DNA from: a virus | Direction: 5' to 3' (one strand) | Length of the DNA: 64,000 nt | Virus record (IMG/VR): IMGVR_UViG_3300032282_004151 | Coordinates: 8,317-72,316 of that record | Part shown: piece by piece, positions 45,483 through 56,569 of the stretch | Layout of the letters: every line of letters starts with the position of its first letter | Numbering within the stretch: position 1 is the stretch's first letter | Notes under the pieces: generated by a model | Database searches by the model: none | What the model was told of the DNA's origin: nothing | What the model saw: only the letters and a program-made list of their open reading frames with translations | Translations under genes and position numbers: made by a program

Positions 45483-47159
45483 ATGAAATTTTTAGCATAT
45501 TTGGTATTGTTGAGCGCCATCGTAATATCTGCTTGTGGTGCTTATTTTAGCATAGTTGGTTTGAAACTATTGTTTGTTGGCGGCGGCTTATCTATTGTTG
45601 TGATGGGAACGGCACTTGAAGTTGGCAAACTTATCACCGCAACTTTCCTAAAGCAAAAATGGGAAGAAATAGGATTGCTCATGAAGACATATATGGTGCT
45701 TGCTACATTGGCTTTGATGGGCATAACATCCATTGGTATATACGGATATTTGAGCGCGGGGTATACAGCAACATCTATAACAGTTCAGGGCTATGAGCAT
45801 CAAATAGAGTCAAATAACACAAAGATATCTGAGATAGAGAAGGAAATATCATCTCTCAAGCAATCAACTTATAACGAAGCCGAAATCAAAGGCGTGGAAG
45901 AAAACAGAAAAAAGGTAATAGAACAACGCACACAGCTTGTTGATCAAAAGAACAAGCAAATAGAAAACATACGAAAGTCTGCAAATACAAATCAAGATAC
46001 TTCCGTAGATATAGCGGCGGCAAAACAAGCACTTGAACTTGCTAAATCCTCCACAGACAATGATATATCAAGAGAACTCGAGCAGATAAAGCTCTTCAAC
46101 TCTCGTTTGGAAATATTGGACAAGGAAGTTCAGAAATGGATGGAAGAAGGAACGGGTGGATTATTCAAGAAGAATGGATTGGATAAGGCAAGAACAGTCA
46201 AAGAAGGTCAATCAAAAGAGCGTGGAGACATTGATGCTCAAATCAAAGCATCACAGGATAGAATATCAAAGTTGCGCGAGCAATATGCTTCTCAAGTCAA
46301 AGAATATAATGATCGCGTCGCGGCGATTGAAAACCGCAGCAAATCTCAACGCACTGGCATAGACAACAGCATAAAGAGTTTGGAGAAGGAGATATCAGAT
46401 ATAACAGCATCCATAGCAGCATACAATACAGAGATTGATGAAAAAGTATCTTCATTGAATGGAAAAAAGAACGAGTTGTCTGAACAAGGAAAGAAAAAGA
46501 TAGCCGATCAACTCACGGATATTCAGAATATCAGAAAACAAAACACTGAACTGCAGGAGAAGATTGTTCATACGGATGTTGGCACATTCAAGTTCATTGC
46601 CAATAGCTTAGGTATTCCTTTGGACAAGGCTGTCAACTATTTCATATGGACAATCATGGCTGTGTTTGATCCGTTGGCAATATGCTTGATATTGGCGTTC
46701 AATGTATTGATTGCTCAAAAGAAAAAAGAAGACACAGTCGTGGGTATATCTTCCGTAAAGAATGAGGTACCAATCGTTCCAACTGTTACTCCAACTGTTA
46801 CTCCAACGGCAACATCAATAGAACCAACGAAAGTTCCAGAAAAAATGGAAAGTTTGCCAATCCTAACCCCAACACCAACTCTATCGGTTGAACAAGTTTC
46901 ACCTAGTCTAAGCACACCACCGCTCGAAGAACCAATCGAGTCTGTTAGTATTAAGCCTATAGTTGAAGAGGTGCAATTACCCACTCCAACGATTGAAGCG
47001 GTTGAAGTAACCGAGACAGTTCCTTCAACACCAGAACCAACAATTATAAAAAATAATACAGTAGAACAAGCTGAAGCTCAGGTTGTTCATATTTCTGCAC
47101 CACCTCCTCCGCCATTTGCTCCACACGGAATTTCCAGTGGTAAAGTTTCTCCAAGATAA
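45483..47159 (+). CDS. membrane-anchored coiled-coil protein with Pro/Thr tail
   Basis: three N-terminal TMs, LEVGKL, long coiled coil, FDPLAI TM. Confidence 0.8.
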   Translation: MKFLAYLVLLSAIVISACGAYFSIVGLKLLFVGGGLSIVVMGTALEVGKLITATFLKQKWEEIGLLMKTYMVLATLALMGITSIGIYGYLSAGYTATSITVQGYEHQIESNNTKISEIEKEISSLKQSTYNEAEIKGVEENRKKVIEQRTQLVDQKNKQIENIRKSANTNQDTSVDIAAAKQALELAKSSTDNDISRELEQIKLFNSRLEILDKEVQKWMEEGTGGLFKKNGLDKARTVKEGQSKERGDIDAQIKASQDRISKLREQYASQVKEYNDRVAAIENRSKSQRTGIDNSIKSLEKEISDITASIAAYNTEIDEKVSSLNGKKNELSEQGKKKIADQLTDIQNIRKQNTELQEKIVHTDVGTFKFIANSLGIPLDKAVNYFIWTIMAVFDPLAICLILAFNVLIAQKKKEDTVVGISSVKNEVPIVPTVTPTVTPTATSIEPTKVPEKMESLPILTPTPTLSVEQVSPSLSTPPLEEPIESVSIKPIVEEVQLPTPTIEAVEVTETVPSTPEPTIIKNNTVEQAEAQVVHISAPPPPPFAPHGISSGKVSPR

Positions 47160-47232
47160 TTCTTTATATTTATTTATTATATATTGACAATATAAACATT
47201 TAACATATATATGTGAATCGTAATAAACATAT

Positions 47233-47847
47233 ATGAGTTACAAAATAGTCAAAAACAAAGATTATCTGCATAAGAAAACAGAACCAGTGGCAACGATTGA
47301 AGAAGGTGAAGCAATAGCAAAACAACTCATCGAAGCACTAGACGAACTATCAAACGGACTTGGATTATCCGCCAATCAAATTGGGATAAACAAGTCCGTT
47401 TCTGTTGTACGCGCAAGAAAAGATGCACAGCCAATCATTCTTATGAACCCAACCATTGTTGAGGCAAGTAAGGAAAAGCTGATATTCACAGAGGGATGTT
47501 TGAGTTTGCCGGGCAAGCTAGTGAATACAATTCGCTCGCTCAAAGTAACCGTGTCTACACTAAATCACGCCAATCCATTACCATTTGGTCCAGATACAAC
47601 CCCAGTTACACAAGAGTCAGTTCGTTCAGACTATGGATTGCTTGAAGCCATCTGCGTTCAGCATGAAATTGATCATACAAATGGAATATTGATGACGGAT
47701 GACGGCGTGAAATTTGTTCAAAAAGTAGAAAAAATGGTGAAGCATGGAAGAAATGATAAGGTTGTAGTGGAAAAAGATGGAGAAACCCAATATATAAAAT
47801 ACAAGAAAGCTCTAGAACTAATAGAGCAAGGTTGGAAAATCATCTAA
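47233..47847 (+). CDS. def: peptide deformylase
   Basis: GLGLSANQIG, EGCLS, QHEIDH. Confidence 0.95.
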   Translation: MSYKIVKNKDYLHKKTEPVATIEEGEAIAKQLIEALDELSNGLGLSANQIGINKSVSVVRARKDAQPIILMNPTIVEASKEKLIFTEGCLSLPGKLVNTIRSLKVTVSTLNHANPLPFGPDTTPVTQESVRSDYGLLEAICVQHEIDHTNGILMTDDGVKFVQKVEKMVKHGRNDKVVVEKDGETQYIKYKKALELIEQGWKII

Positions 47848-47856
47848 ATCTACAAT

Positions 47857-48015
47857 ATGAACATCAACACTGATAATCTTGAAGAAATCAAAGAACTGCT
47901 TGAATATGCATTGGAAGCCCGTAGTTGGCCATCAGTAGAAGACGCATTGGCTATTCTCAAAGAAGAACTGGGATATGAAGCCGAGGAAATAGACGAAGAA
48001 GAAACCGAGGATTAA
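47857..48015 (+). CDS. small acidic protein (not in ORF track)
   Basis: MNINTDNLEEIKELLEY..EEIDEEETED. Confidence 0.65.
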   Translation: MNINTDNLEEIKELLEYALEARSWPSVEDALAILKEELGYEAEEIDEEETED

Positions 48016-48019
48016 ACTT

Positions 48020-48274
48020 ATGTGGATAATTGTTACATTAATGATCATATTCTTTTTGAGCACATGCGCTCTTGGATATGCATGCTACAACATGATCAAT
48101 AAGATCGAAGTATATGAAGAATGGTTGGACTATTTCCGTACCGAAGTGGATGATGTATATAAGCAAATGAAAGCAGTAGATGATCGCAATCTTTTTGAGA
48201 AAGATGATGATGTTGGGTTTGTTTTTAGTGAGCTTGTAAGAATATCAAAGGAATTCAGCGAACGTATCAAATAA
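48020..48274 (+). CDS. small membrane-anchored protein
   Basis: N-terminal TM; FEKDDDVG. Confidence 0.75.
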   Translation: MWIIVTLMIIFFLSTCALGYACYNMINKIEVYEEWLDYFRTEVDDVYKQMKAVDDRNLFEKDDDVGFVFSELVRISKEFSERIK

Positions 48275-48277
48275 TAT

Positions 48278-49168
48278 ATGAAGAAGCGCAAACGGATTGA
48301 TAAATCCAAGAAGGCGACCAAAAAGGTCAAGAAGATCAAAAAAGTTTCTAAGGTAAATAAACCACGGAAAATTAAAAAACAAATCATAAAGGTAAGCGAA
48401 GTTCATATACCAGAAAAGATTTCCAGACCTCGTGGTAGACCAAAGGGGAGCAAAACCAATAAGCTGCTTTCTGATGGAACTGAGAAGAAAGTTTCCAACG
48501 TATATTTCACGTTGGAAACAGAAGCGGCAATTGTAGCTTATAATGAAACAGAAGATCCTCGTGAAAAAGATCGTATATACAATGAGCAAATACAAGCCGC
48601 ATTTGCCAAGATAGCAGAAAACGTATATAACACGTTTAAATTCAGTTACGCAGATGTATCTCCATTAGAGATCCAGAAACAAGCCATTTCACATATGGTG
48701 GCAAATATTGCCAAGTATGAGAAGGGAAAAGGTAAAGCATTCAGTTATTTCAGTATTGTGGCAAAGCATTGGTTTATTCTTGATAACAACACTACCTATC
48801 GCCGCTTTAAGAAACATGTAGAAATCTGCGAACAAGTTGGAGAGTCTGGAGAGTTTGTTGTTGAGCCAGAACATGAAAAGCAGGAAAGCGAAACCCGCGA
48901 GTTTATCAAGCTTATGGTTGAATATTGGGACAAGAATGTTGGAAGACACTTTACCAAAGAACGCGATCTAAAGATTGCCAATGCAGTTATTGAAATATTC
49001 AGAAATGCAGACCGTATTGATGTGTTTAATAAAAAGGCATTGTATCTGTATATACGAGAAATCGCAGATTGCCAAACTCAACATATCACAAAGGTTATAA
49101 ATAAGATGGCAGGTCCGCAGTCTCATATAAAAAGTGAATATCTCAATCGCGGATCTATTGCGCTTTGA
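48278..49168 (+). CDS. gp55-like late sigma factor with basic/AT-hook N-terminal extension
   Basis: YFT..E.AI..YN; KAFSYFSIVAK region-2 motif; RPRGRPKG. Confidence 0.7.
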   Translation: MKKRKRIDKSKKATKKVKKIKKVSKVNKPRKIKKQIIKVSEVHIPEKISRPRGRPKGSKTNKLLSDGTEKKVSNVYFTLETEAAIVAYNETEDPREKDRIYNEQIQAAFAKIAENVYNTFKFSYADVSPLEIQKQAISHMVANIAKYEKGKGKAFSYFSIVAKHWFILDNNTTYRRFKKHVEICEQVGESGEFVVEPEHEKQESETREFIKLMVEYWDKNVGRHFTKERDLKIANAVIEIFRNADRIDVFNKKALYLYIREIADCQTQHITKVINKMAGPQSHIKSEYLNRGSIAL

Positions 49169-49198
49169 AATATATATACATTAGACTATTTATAGTGT

Positions 49199-49582
49199 AT
49201 GGAAACATCTGATTTTGAGCTATACAAAGGAAAGACCTTCGCTTCGCTGTGTAAGGACATTGTTGGCAATTCTGAAGAGAAGAAACAACAGCTTGATATA
49301 CTCATAACTGACCTCAGAGACATGATTAAGACGGTAAATGATGCTGTTACAATCGTTCCGTTGCTTAAAGAGTACTTTGACGTTGGAATTAGGAATGATG
49401 AGCAATTAATCAAATTAGCGGCTATTATACAACGGCTAATGTCTGGAAAATCTGGTGCAGACGGTGAAGGTGGTTCGATGCTTTTAACGGAAGAAGAAAG
49501 AAAGCAGCTTATGGCGGCGGTTGAAGAAACCGCCAAAGCTATCAGAGAACCAAATAACTCGGAAGAAAAACAAAGTAAATAA
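49199..49582 (+). CDS. hypothetical late protein
   Basis: late motif upstream; helical. Confidence 0.75.
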   Translation: METSDFELYKGKTFASLCKDIVGNSEEKKQQLDILITDLRDMIKTVNDAVTIVPLLKEYFDVGIRNDEQLIKLAAIIQRLMSGKSGADGEGGSMLLTEEERKQLMAAVEETAKAIREPNNSEEKQSK

Positions 49583-49584
49583 TT

Positions 49585-51015
49585 ATGGCATTTTGGAATA
49601 CAGAGCGTAGAAATGATTTAAATGTCAAGCAGGACAGTGTCATTCCATCTGTGCGCATGCTTTTCGAACGCAAGCCAGACTTCAATTATTTTTATGAATT
49701 GGAAGAAGCGGTTGTATTGGATGTAATCTTGGACGAGACGCATCCAGAGTTTGCAAATTCGAAATTAGATCCAACCGATTGGCCACCCAATTCAAATGGT
49801 AGTAGACCAAATCCAAATGATCCAAATTATGGAAATATTGGAAAAATAAGATTTAGATTTTTACAGAGTGAAAGAGGAACTCCAAAAGACTCTTTGCAGT
49901 GGGCATATCCCATTGAAAACACGGGGGTAATTGAATATCCACTGATGAATGAAATAGTAATCGTTGCAAAATATTTAAACAAATATTACTATTCAAAAAA
50001 GTTAAATTCAAAGTCAGTCATGAATACAAATGCTTCATTTGTGACTGAAAAGGTTGCAGGCCATAATTCTGGAAATGTTGATACATACCACACTCCTCCC
50101 GCACCATTCGTTGGTCCAAGATCAACATTGAGTGCGGCGGGTGGAGAAAATTATCAAGGAGTGTTGGGAAAATATTTCAAATTTAACCATCATATACGAA
50201 CCTTGAAAAAATATGAAGGTGATACGATATTAGAGTCTAGATTTGGATCTTCTATACGATTTGGTGCATATGACAGTGTGCGCGCAAATGATAATGGATT
50301 GGGAGAATACTCGGATGGTGGTGGAAATCCAATGATACTTATCAGAAACCGCCAAGCTCCAATAACAAATCCACAGGGGCTTACTGCCAAAGGATATACA
50401 ATCGAAGATATAAACAAAGATGGAAGTTCCATTCATATTACGTCAGGAAAAACTGTATCCGGGTTTCGGCCTACAACAACAATTCCAGTAATAAATATAA
50501 CAAAGGCTGTCACCATTCCTCGCTTGAATGGAGATCAGATCGTAATCAACAGTGATAGATTGATATTTTCTTCAAAGGTAAACGAAACTTTACTTTATTC
50601 AAAGAGTTTTGTTGGAATAACCAGTGATAAATTTGTATCAATTACCGCAAAAGGAAATACTACAATTACATCTTCCGATGGAGTAATTGTTTTTAATGCC
50701 AAGAAAACTTACGTCGGAGTTGATAAATTGGGTGCCAATGACCAACCGGCGCTGCTGGGCGGCGTGACTTGCTTATTTTTATATGCATTGTGCGATTTTC
50801 AACTTTCATTGATAAATACACATATTCAAAGTCTTGCAACTACAATCGCTCACGTTCACGCATCACCAACGATCACAACATTCATAGCAATGCCTCCGTT
50901 TATAGTTCTTTGGGCAGAGCAATTACAGAGCTTATATGCAGCACAGGCACAGCTATTGATATTAAGATCGCAAATACCAACATTACAAAGCTCCAGATTG
51001 TTTTTGGGAGGATGA
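49585..51015 (+). CDS. baseplate hub/spike (gp5-like) protein
   Basis: P..NEIV; EGD.ILESRFGSSIRF; QIVINSDRL beta-helix. Confidence 0.7.
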   Translation: MAFWNTERRNDLNVKQDSVIPSVRMLFERKPDFNYFYELEEAVVLDVILDETHPEFANSKLDPTDWPPNSNGSRPNPNDPNYGNIGKIRFRFLQSERGTPKDSLQWAYPIENTGVIEYPLMNEIVIVAKYLNKYYYSKKLNSKSVMNTNASFVTEKVAGHNSGNVDTYHTPPAPFVGPRSTLSAAGGENYQGVLGKYFKFNHHIRTLKKYEGDTILESRFGSSIRFGAYDSVRANDNGLGEYSDGGGNPMILIRNRQAPITNPQGLTAKGYTIEDINKDGSSIHITSGKTVSGFRPTTTIPVINITKAVTIPRLNGDQIVINSDRLIFSSKVNETLLYSKSFVGITSDKFVSITAKGNTTITSSDGVIVFNAKKTYVGVDKLGANDQPALLGGVTCLFLYALCDFQLSLINTHIQSLATTIAHVHASPTITTFIAMPPFIVLWAEQLQSLYAAQAQLLILRSQIPTLQSSRLFLGG

Positions 51016-51016
51016 T

Positions 51017-52237
51017 ATGCCAGAACTGACCAATACAATACCATCTATAACCGCACCAACGACATTTTTGTCCAATACTCCCACATTTAGCACAGCGGCT
51101 ACCGTGACGACGACGGCAAATGAAACGGTGGCGACTGCGACCGAGGTATTCAGTACAAGACCGACAAGTTTGGCAAATAATACTACATCTATAGCCGGGG
51201 CTGTATCTACTGGGAATATTACCGTTGGGACGGGCACGGCTGCACAAACAACAACTGGATTATTATCAAATACGACAGCAACTCTATCTACAAGCGGAAT
51301 AAATACATTATCTGCTCCAAATTTATCATTAAATCAAATTAGCCCAACCGTAAATATAAATGGTCCAATAAATGTTTCAAATTTAAGTAATGTAAGTGTT
51401 TCGTCAATCGCTAGCAACGCCGGTATACCTACAAGTATTGGTGCAGCTGCTTCTACAGTTGCTTCTAGATTAAATATTGCAACCGCATTACCTTCAACGG
51501 GTGCGGCACTAAGGACTTTGGGCTTAACTCCAACATTGTCTAATTTAGGAATTACTTTTCCAAAATTTCCAGAATTCCCTGGATTGGATTTGCCAGCAGT
51601 ATTGATTGGAAAAAGTCCAAAATTTATAGCAGAGTATGTTGTTAAATTTAAAACAATTGTTTTGCCATTTATTCCGGGGGTAAAACTCAATATGGCAACT
51701 GCTCTTGCTGCGGCATCTATTCTAAGAACAATTGCATCTGGAAATGGAAAAGAAATAATAAAGCACTTGGTGTCTGGCTTGGTCAATGATATAGCAAATG
51801 AAACTTTGAAGGGGCTTCAAAAGTCCATAGACAGCACTGGTATCAAGAATGTGGGAACACAATTCAATCAAGCAATGGCTCAAGCGAAAAACGACGCCGA
51901 ACAGAATTTTAAAAGAACCAATCCTCCTATAAAAACTACAGATCCCGATACTGGGGAGACTACAGAAGAAGAGCAGGAAATGCCGGAAATGGATTTTCCA
52001 GATTTGAATGGAATTGGTGAAATAGATCCAGAAGAAGAGTCTAGGTTGCAAGCCGAACTAGAAGAACAAGCTAGGTTGGAAATGGAGCAAAATAGAGCGG
52101 ACGCCGAAGCAGAAGGCATAGAACCTTCGGAATCTTCTGCTCTTTCAGTTCCAAGTGTGGGTACAACCGAAATAAACAATGCCCAACCAACTGAACAGAC
52201 AACACCGCAGCCAACTCCAACCAATCCAACGGGATGA
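51017..52237 (+). CDS. Thr-rich hypothetical structural protein
   Basis: ORF in the baseplate region. Confidence 0.65.
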   Translation: MPELTNTIPSITAPTTFLSNTPTFSTAATVTTTANETVATATEVFSTRPTSLANNTTSIAGAVSTGNITVGTGTAAQTTTGLLSNTTATLSTSGINTLSAPNLSLNQISPTVNINGPINVSNLSNVSVSSIASNAGIPTSIGAAASTVASRLNIATALPSTGAALRTLGLTPTLSNLGITFPKFPEFPGLDLPAVLIGKSPKFIAEYVVKFKTIVLPFIPGVKLNMATALAAASILRTIASGNGKEIIKHLVSGLVNDIANETLKGLQKSIDSTGIKNVGTQFNQAMAQAKNDAEQNFKRTNPPIKTTDPDTGETTEEEQEMPEMDFPDLNGIGEIDPEEESRLQAELEEQARLEMEQNRADAEAEGIEPSESSALSVPSVGTTEINNAQPTEQTTPQPTPTNPTG

Positions 52238-52311
52238 TATAACCATTTGATATATCAAACTATTGAATTTAAATAAAAAAAGACTAAACAACCATTATAT
52301 TTATAGTATAT

Positions 52312-52767
52312 ATGAACAAGAAAGAACTAGTAGAAATTATAAGAACTGTTGTGCGTGAGGAAATCAACAATTCTCTACCACAGTATCTCATGGAAGTGTT
52401 GGCTGAAAGAATAACTGCGCAACCAGTTATTTCTGAGTCCAATGACGAGTCTAAGGTCAACAATACGATGTTGCCAAGAAAGAAGCCAAATGTATCGTTT
52501 GATGCTCCTATCAAACAGCAGCCAGTACAGGCACCAAAGACATTTAGCTCAAATCCAATATTGAACCAAGTATTGAATGAAACGGTTGGTGGAATTCCGG
52601 ATGAAAACTCCGTGGCTGCTCCATCCGCGATAGATACTCTAAAGAGTCTTCCGAGAGAAGTATTGGCCGAAAACAAGGAAGTTGCAGCCGTCGCCAATGC
52701 GATGACTAGAGATTACTCGAAACTTCTCAAAGCAATAGATCAAAAAGCAAAGTCAAGTCGTCCTTAA
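52312..52767 (+). CDS. hypothetical late protein
   Basis: IIRTVVREEI..LNQVLNET..RDYSKLLKA. Confidence 0.75.
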   Translation: MNKKELVEIIRTVVREEINNSLPQYLMEVLAERITAQPVISESNDESKVNNTMLPRKKPNVSFDAPIKQQPVQAPKTFSSNPILNQVLNETVGGIPDENSVAAPSAIDTLKSLPREVLAENKEVAAVANAMTRDYSKLLKAIDQKAKSSRP

Positions 52768-52773
52768 CTATAA

Positions 52774-53178
52774 ATGGCAGAAAACACACAAGCTTATGGT
52801 ATAACTTTGCCCATCACGCACGGGCCACAGGGTTATTTTAATCAAAGCTATAATGCAGTTGACCAAGTAAAATCAAACTTAAATCTTTTGCTGAGAACAA
52901 GAAAAGGAGAAAGACGATTGAACCCCGAGTTTGGTTCTGGGCTGTGGTCGTTGCTGTTTGAAAACATCGGAGAAGACATAGCGTTTGTAATCAAAAGTGC
53001 AATTCAAAAAGATATAAATAGATGGATGAGCTATGTAAAGATACAATCAATTGACGTAACAAACACTGCGGAAAATAGTTATAACAAAATACAAGTCTCT
53101 GTTATTTTTACTGTTCCATCAATTGGGGTCACATCCCCTCAAACGCTTGATGTTACAATGAACACCACCAATATATGA
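52774..53178 (+). CDS. baseplate wedge subunit, gp25-like
   Basis: NLNLLLRTRKGERRLNPEFGSGL..LFE. Confidence 0.9.
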   Translation: MAENTQAYGITLPITHGPQGYFNQSYNAVDQVKSNLNLLLRTRKGERRLNPEFGSGLWSLLFENIGEDIAFVIKSAIQKDINRWMSYVKIQSIDVTNTAENSYNKIQVSVIFTVPSIGVTSPQTLDVTMNTTNI

Positions 53179-55130
53179 TATTAGATACTCCAAAGTCTTT
53201 TCAACCGGGCAAGAAAAATGTCAAATATCTAAACAAGGATTTTTCTCAGCTAAAAGCCAGCTTGGTTGAATTTGCCAAGACATATTATCCAAATTCATAC
53301 AAAGATTTCAGCGATGCGTCAACCGGCATGATGTTCATCGAAATGGCTGCGTATGTTGGAGATGTACTTTCATATTACATAGACTATCAGTTTAAGGAGT
53401 CTATGTTGGTTAATTCTGAAGAAAGGCAGAATATCATAGACTCTGCACGTTCGTTGGGTTACAAGTCGAAGGTAACTGCACCAAGTGTGACAAAGTTGGA
53501 CGTATATCAGTTGGTTCCCGCAAAAATGGATGGGTCTGGAAACATGATCCCAGATTTAAATTATTCTCAGATCATAAAACCGGGCATGACGACGACAAGT
53601 GATACAGGAGTAACTTTCATGACAAATTCTCCTGTGGATTTTACAGTAGATACAAAGAACGACCCTCTTGAAATTTCAGTATACCAAAGAAATACCGCAG
53701 GACAGCCAGAATTTTTTGTTTTGAAAAAAACAACAGATGCATTTTCTGGTCAGCTTGTTACCAAACAATTTGCAATCGGAACACCTTCTTCTTTTTACAA
53801 GATATATCTTACCGATACAAATATCATAGAAATATTTGATATATATGACTCTGATGGCAATCGTTGGTATGAGACAGACTATTTGGCACAAGACCTTGTT
53901 CCAATAGATTATGAGAACATATACAAAAATGACTCTTCACTTGCGGCTTATAGAGACACCGTTCCATTTTTGCTTAAATTCTTAAGAACATCCAGACGAT
54001 TTGTTTCTGGTGTCGCGGCTGACGACACAACATTTTTGGAGTTTGGTTCCGGTACAAATATCAAGGACGATGAAGTAATCATTCCAAACATATATACGGT
54101 AGGAAAATCTTCAACATTCAGAAGAGAAAGCATATCATATGATCCAGCGAATTTCTTGTCTTCTAGAGCATTTGGACAAGCTCCTGCCAACACTACATTG
54201 ACAATAAGATACATTGTAGGCGGAGGTGTTGCTAGTAACGTAAATGCAAATACAATCAAAACCATAAACGGTATAGAGTTTTTTGGAGACATAACCTCTC
54301 TTCCAAATCTAGAACAGAATTTAACCAGTTTAGTTCGCCGCTCTATAAAAGTAAACAATCCATTGCCTGCATCTGGTGGTAGAGGCACTGAAACAAATGA
54401 TGAGATAAGAAACAATGCTTTGGCAAGTTTCTCTTCACAAGGAAGAGCAGTAACTCAAAAAGATTATGTCATCCGAACATATGCAATGCCATCCAAGTAC
54501 GGTGCCATTGCCAAGGCGTATGCTGTAACAGACACTCAATTGGATCCATCAAACATTCAAGCCAATCCAAATCAATTGGCAACAAGCTCATTGTCTCCAG
54601 TAAATACGAATGTAAAGGCTATCCCACCAAACAATCCGTTCGCAGTAAACCTATATATTCTGTGCTACGATAGAAATCAAAGACTGATTAACTCGAACGA
54701 CGCAATTCGCCAAAATCTAAAAAACTATCTCAACCAATACAGAATGCTTACAGACAGCGTCAATTTGTTGGATGGATTTATAATAAACATAGGAGTGGAT
54801 TTCTCGATCTTAACATATAAGAATTATAATAAACGAGAAGTGTTGGCCAATTGCATAACCTTGGTTCAAAACTATTTCAATATCAACAATATTCAATTCT
54901 GCGAGCCAATAAATTTGAGCAGATTACAATTGGAAATAGCAAAGGTAGATGGAGTGCAGTCGGTTCCTTCGATCAAGATAAAGAACTTAACATTGAAGGA
55001 TGGCGACTATTCTCCATACGAGTATGACATAGAAAAGGCAACTATGGATAATGTTGTATATCCATCCATAGATCCTAGCATTTTTGAAGTAAGATTTCCA
55101 ACCAAAGACATTGTGGGACGAGTAAATTGA
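53175..55130 (+). CDS. baseplate wedge subunit, gp6-like
   Basis: KDF..L..; YVGDVLSYY; ASGG..E; RAVT..DY. Confidence 0.88.
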   Translation: MILDTPKSFQPGKKNVKYLNKDFSQLKASLVEFAKTYYPNSYKDFSDASTGMMFIEMAAYVGDVLSYYIDYQFKESMLVNSEERQNIIDSARSLGYKSKVTAPSVTKLDVYQLVPAKMDGSGNMIPDLNYSQIIKPGMTTTSDTGVTFMTNSPVDFTVDTKNDPLEISVYQRNTAGQPEFFVLKKTTDAFSGQLVTKQFAIGTPSSFYKIYLTDTNIIEIFDIYDSDGNRWYETDYLAQDLVPIDYENIYKNDSSLAAYRDTVPFLLKFLRTSRRFVSGVAADDTTFLEFGSGTNIKDDEVIIPNIYTVGKSSTFRRESISYDPANFLSSRAFGQAPANTTLTIRYIVGGGVASNVNANTIKTINGIEFFGDITSLPNLEQNLTSLVRRSIKVNNPLPASGGRGTETNDEIRNNALASFSSQGRAVTQKDYVIRTYAMPSKYGAIAKAYAVTDTQLDPSNIQANPNQLATSSLSPVNTNVKAIPPNNPFAVNLYILCYDRNQRLINSNDAIRQNLKNYLNQYRMLTDSVNLLDGFIINIGVDFSILTYKNYNKREVLANCITLVQNYFNINNIQFCEPINLSRLQLEIAKVDGVQSVPSIKIKNLTLKDGDYSPYEYDIEKATMDNVVYPSIDPSIFEVRFPTKDIVGRVN

Positions 55131-55136
55131 TTTATT

Positions 55137-56351
55137 ATGCATTATTTTTTATACCCATCAAAAGATAGTACTATTACCGATAACTCCACATTCATATACA
55201 AAAATATGGGGTTGGATGAAATTCTGGAAATAGAAAAAAGAATTTCGTTGAATAGCTGCAGAAGTGTTAGTGGTAGTGCGGCGGCAGTTTTGTCCAGAGC
55301 ATTGTTACAGTTTGATATTGCCGAAATATCAAATGCAATCGCGGAAGGAAAAATAACAAATCCTTGCTTTTTCCTAACTTTGAAAACCTGTGATGTAACA
55401 GAAGTGCCAGTCAAATATACGATTGCAGCATATCCATTGTCAAAACCTTGGAACATGGGAACTGGATACAAGTATGATGGAAGTACAGTTACAGACGGAG
55501 TTAGTTGGAAATTCACAGATGGTATTTCTAATTTTTGGTACAGCGGTTCTATAACAGATTGTTCTGGTGGTGGAACTTGGTGGGTATCTGCAAGTTTGGA
55601 AGGCTCTGGATCTGGATATGTTGCCCCTCCGTTTATAAGCCCAGATCCATACAATCCTTTCCCAGAATGTCCAAATTCGGGTTCGCCTGCACCAACATCT
55701 TCATATATAGCTCCAGTTACTGGTGGATTTGTGTGCTATCAAACATTTGATTATCAAACCTCCGATATCAGGATGGATATCACCACGATAATGAATGCGT
55801 GGCTATCAAACACCATAGATAACAATGGTATCATTCTAATGCACAGTGATGAAACAAGCTCCATTGATTATGGAAGTTTGAAATTCTTCTCGAAAGAAAC
55901 AAATACAATATACTATCCATACATAGATGTTGCGTGGGATGACTCGGTGTATATTACCGGAAGCCAAGACGAAGTTCGCATCCGAGATGCGGTAGTAAAC
56001 ATCAAAAACATGGCAAAGGAATATAAACAGGGATCAATCATACGATTTGATGTAACACCTAGAAAACGTTATCCAATAAAGACATTCACAAACAAATTCT
56101 CAGAATATACTCAATATCCATATCGTCTACCAGAGTCTAGCTATTATCAAATCAAGGATGCGGAAAGCGAAGAAGTAATATTGAGCTATGACAGTTATAC
56201 AAAATTGAGTTTGGATGAATATGGAAACTTCTTCACATTAGACACCAATGGATTGCCTCAAGAAAGATATTTTAAAGTTGAAATTAGAACGGAGCAAAGT
56301 GGATCTATTTTGACATTCCCAATTCCTACAACATTTAAAATTTCTCGATGA
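55137..56351 (+). CDS. virion structural protein
   Basis: YPSKDSTI..SRALLQFD..NNGII..KFFSKET. Confidence 0.7.
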   Translation: MHYFLYPSKDSTITDNSTFIYKNMGLDEILEIEKRISLNSCRSVSGSAAAVLSRALLQFDIAEISNAIAEGKITNPCFFLTLKTCDVTEVPVKYTIAAYPLSKPWNMGTGYKYDGSTVTDGVSWKFTDGISNFWYSGSITDCSGGGTWWVSASLEGSGSGYVAPPFISPDPYNPFPECPNSGSPAPTSSYIAPVTGGFVCYQTFDYQTSDIRMDITTIMNAWLSNTIDNNGIILMHSDETSSIDYGSLKFFSKETNTIYYPYIDVAWDDSVYITGSQDEVRIRDAVVNIKNMAKEYKQGSIIRFDVTPRKRYPIKTFTNKFSEYTQYPYRLPESSYYQIKDAESEEVILSYDSYTKLSLDEYGNFFTLDTNGLPQERYFKVEIRTEQSGSILTFPIPTTFKISR

Positions 56352-56569
56352 ACACAACCCCATATTTGGAAGATTACGATCAAAAAGATATTGAGAAGCT
56401 ATATGCCACAGGTTCGATAGTTCCAAATATAGATGAGTATGGCAATCTCATCATTCAGAACGCTATGGATGAAATGTATTCTTCTTCAATAACAATACCT
56501 TTGCAAAACCAGATGTATCTTCCTACAAAAGTTGAAACGGTATACAATGTTAATTTTATAGAGTTATGA
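56348..56569 (+). CDS. hypothetical protein
   Basis: overlaps both neighbours (ATGA coupling). Confidence 0.7.
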   Translation: MNTTPYLEDYDQKDIEKLYATGSIVPNIDEYGNLIIQNAMDEMYSSSITIPLQNQMYLPTKVETVYNVNFIEL

